This document shows, one piece after another, positions 31,015 to 33,160 of a DNA stretch of 33,160 nucleotides. Below the pieces are notes generated by a model, which was given only the letters and a program-made list of their open reading frames with translations, searched no databases and was not told the origin of the DNA. The stretch's first letter is position 1; every line of letters begins with the position of its first letter. Position numbers and translations under genes: made by a program. This stretch comes from a virus (taxonomy: Duplodnaviria > Caudoviricetes): the IMG/VR virus record IMGVR_UViG_3300011102_000489, positions 1 through 33,160 of that record; one strand, given 5' to 3'.

Positions 31015-33160
31015 TCAGGTGGCAAGTGGAGCAGAGTAGGGGCCCTCTCCGGTGATCTCGTTCAGGGCGCAGACCTGCACAGAGACTCCAACCGGTGCGG
31101 AGTTGTAGGTGGCCGACTGAGCCATCGTGTCGATGACGTGGCCGTTGCTGAACTTCACACGGTAGCCGCGGAAGTACTTGGAGTGGTACGGGGCCGTGTC
31201 GACGCCGAGGCGGGCCGCCCCGACGAAGCTCACGGTGACGTTGTTACTGCCGTCGCGAATTGCCTCGACACGCGAAACGGGGAACTCGGTCTGGCTGAGT
31301 GCCTCGGTGAGCAGGTACGCGGTCGGCGCCGTCTCGTCGGACGTGCGGCCCAGGCTGACGGGCTTATACCACAGGTCGGCGCCGAGGTAGACGCGGTCGA
31401 TCGGCACGAAGATGACCGACGCGTCGAGCAGCACGAACCTCGTGTCCTGCGGCCACGTCTCAGCCGGCGTGTAGAACCGGCCGCGACGGAGCCCGCTCAG
31501 CAGGTAGCGGTACTTGCCACCCACCTGCTCGAGCAGCGTCGCTGTCTGGAACTGCAGGACCTCGTCACCGATGACGCACAGGTTCTTGCGCTGCAGCAGC
31601 TGATCGTAGGACACCGAGTCGAGTGGGAAGTTGACGAGCACCTCGACGGTCTGGTCGCTGGGATACAGGTAACCAGCCGGCTCCTCGAGCAGCGGCGTCA
31701 GTGTGTCACCGATGACCGACGCGTTCTCACTCTGGAACGCTTCAGTGTAAGACGCACCTTCGTCGCTGGAGAAGAGCAGCTGGTAGCCGGCCCACCCCGA
31801 CGACTCGCCGCACGCAGCTACGTACAGGCCCAGCTCATCGTCCTGGCCGCGCTGCACCGGGATGTTGAGGATCTCGAACCGGGTCTCGCCGATGATTCCA
31901 GGCGAGGTCGGGGTCGGTGGCGGCAGCGAGTTGCCTAGGCGCTTCGTGCTGTAGGCGCGGGCCCCAGCATCCTGCTTCGCGGCCCAGTCGATCTCGCCGT
32001 TGTCCTCGTTGCGCTCCTCAATGCGAACACGATGCCACACGCCCTTCGCGTCCTCGACCATGACCACGTCGGCCGGGGTGACGAAGGTGTACTTGATCGA
32101 CGTGGTGAACTCAAACTCGACCTGTTCGTTCCAACGGACCTTGAGCTTCTGCAGCACCGCGCTGGCCGCCTGGTCGGCAGTCAGCACGAGACCAGAGCTG
32201 ATGGTCTCGCTCTTCTCGGCCTTCACCAAGTTGCTGCGTCGGCGTGCGGTCTGCTTGTTCTTGGCGTAGCCGCCGTCCGGGTCGATGTGCTCGATGTGGA
32301 TCTCACGCGGTAGCTTCTGCTCGTTGACCAGATTCTGCTTCAAGGCCTCGTCACGGCTACCAAGCAGGTCCGAGTACGGGATCCAAGCAACAGGTTCTCT
32401 CCCACGCTTAGGCCAGCGGATCTTCCTATCGACGAGCGACTTGTCGAAGTTGAACACCTCACGGAGACGGTCGATGTCGCTGGAGAACCCGTCCGTGCTA
32501 GTGACCTTCATACCGGGGACGATGTCTTCGTACAATTCACGCACGTCCACAGACTCAGGTGGAATCCCTGCACGTACGCACAGATCCTCCACCACGTCAC
32601 CTAGCGTCCACGGTTCTTCGCCGGCGCCGTCCGTCAGGAACTCGAGGCGAAGGTTGCTGTTCATGCTGATGTGCCGCAAGCGGGTGGCAGGTGCAGGAGT
32701 GCCGCCGGGGCCGATGAGCGGTGTGTACTCTACGGTGAAACGGTCGCGCTGACGGCGGTAGCGCACGAATCCGGCACGCACGTACCCGAGAATCACGTCG
32801 GAGTTGGCTCCGTTGAACGCGCGGGCATCGTCCAACGTGATTCTCGGAGAATCGCCATCGACAGGCATGAATACAGGAGCATTCGGCACGGGGTCGAACC
32901 AATACAGGAACGCACCGCCGCCGACCTCCTCCTCGAAGCACACGCAAGGACGCCCGTTCTGGTCAAAGGACAAGCTCACGTTATCCAGACCATTGGCACG
33001 AGTGAACAGCACCTCAGTCGGGCTTCCAGGAGCTGATAGCACTGCGTCGTTGCCAATGACACGCAGCGTCCACAGTTTGACCAGAAGCCCTTGGGACGGG
33101 TCTTGGACCTGCACCGGACCCCAGTGATAGCTGATCTTGCGATCACGCGACCACGGGTTC
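31015..33160 (-). CDS. Tail tip / central fiber (host-specificity, GTA/Phage-tail_3-like) protein, 5' partial
   Basis: Frame stays open to the window edge; LPREIHIEHIDPDGGY, IGDEVLQF..A, LSGLRRG..T motifs of GTA-like tail hub proteins. Confidence 0.8.
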   Translation of the reverse strand, partial: NPWSRDRKISYHWGPVQVQDPSQGLLVKLWTLRVIGNDAVLSAPGSPTEVLFTRANGLDNVSLSFDQNGRPCVCFEEEVGGGAFLYWFDPVPNAPVFMPVDGDSPRITLDDARAFNGANSDVILGYVRAGFVRYRRQRDRFTVEYTPLIGPGGTPAPATRLRHISMNSNLRLEFLTDGAGEEPWTLGDVVEDLCVRAGIPPESVDVRELYEDIVPGMKVTSTDGFSSDIDRLREVFNFDKSLVDRKIRWPKRGREPVAWIPYSDLLGSRDEALKQNLVNEQKLPREIHIEHIDPDGGYAKNKQTARRRSNLVKAEKSETISSGLVLTADQAASAVLQKLKVRWNEQVEFEFTTSIKYTFVTPADVVMVEDAKGVWHRVRIEERNEDNGEIDWAAKQDAGARAYSTKRLGNSLPPPTPTSPGIIGETRFEILNIPVQRGQDDELGLYVAACGESSGWAGYQLLFSSDEGASYTEAFQSENASVIGDTLTPLLEEPAGYLYPSDQTVEVLVNFPLDSVSYDQLLQRKNLCVIGDEVLQFQTATLLEQVGGKYRYLLSGLRRGRFYTPAETWPQDTRFVLLDASVIFVPIDRVYLGADLWYKPVSLGRTSDETAPTAYLLTEALSQTEFPVSRVEAIRDGSNNVTVSFVGAARLGVDTAPYHSKYFRGYRVKFSNGHVIDTMAQSATYNSAPVGVSVQVCALNEITGEGPYSAPLAT

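Overview
This is a 33-kb internal segment of a high-GC tailed dsDNA phage, probably a siphovirus of Xanthomonadaceae, Pseudomonas or similar hosts (host is inference). Left, minus strand: packaging and head module (small and large terminase, portal, SPP1 gp7-like head protein, partial scaffold). Centre, plus strand (6.0-28.6 kb): early and replication region with Toprim-SF3 primase-helicase, many small accessory genes (SutA-RBD-like, J-domain, acidic-tail protein), ThyX-like synthase, ATP ligase, putative SSB, PolA, PD-(D/E)XK nuclease, VRR-NUC and SNF2 helicase. It ends in a nucleotide-modification cluster: SAM methyltransferase, MazG-like pyrophosphatase, dNMP kinase fused to a UDG-fold domain, Endo VII, a ThyA-superfamily enzyme with the dCMP-type Asp, and dCMP deaminase. 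Right, minus strand: tail-tip gene (partial), DUF2793 protein, M15 endolysin, two holin-like genes and overlapping spanins, converging on a hairpin terminator. Top candidates for new biology: (1) a probable cytosine (hyper)modification pathway with a SAM methyltransferase and a kinase-UDG fusion in place of a glycosyltransferase; (2) a ~120-nt structured RNA upstream of the primase with an anti-Shine-Dalgarno segment complementary to the extended (G)CTGAGGAG ribosome-binding motif of about 10 phage genes; (3) a shared dyad operator over the early -35 boxes and a distinct late promoter class. All family calls come from motif recognition by eye; no searches were run.
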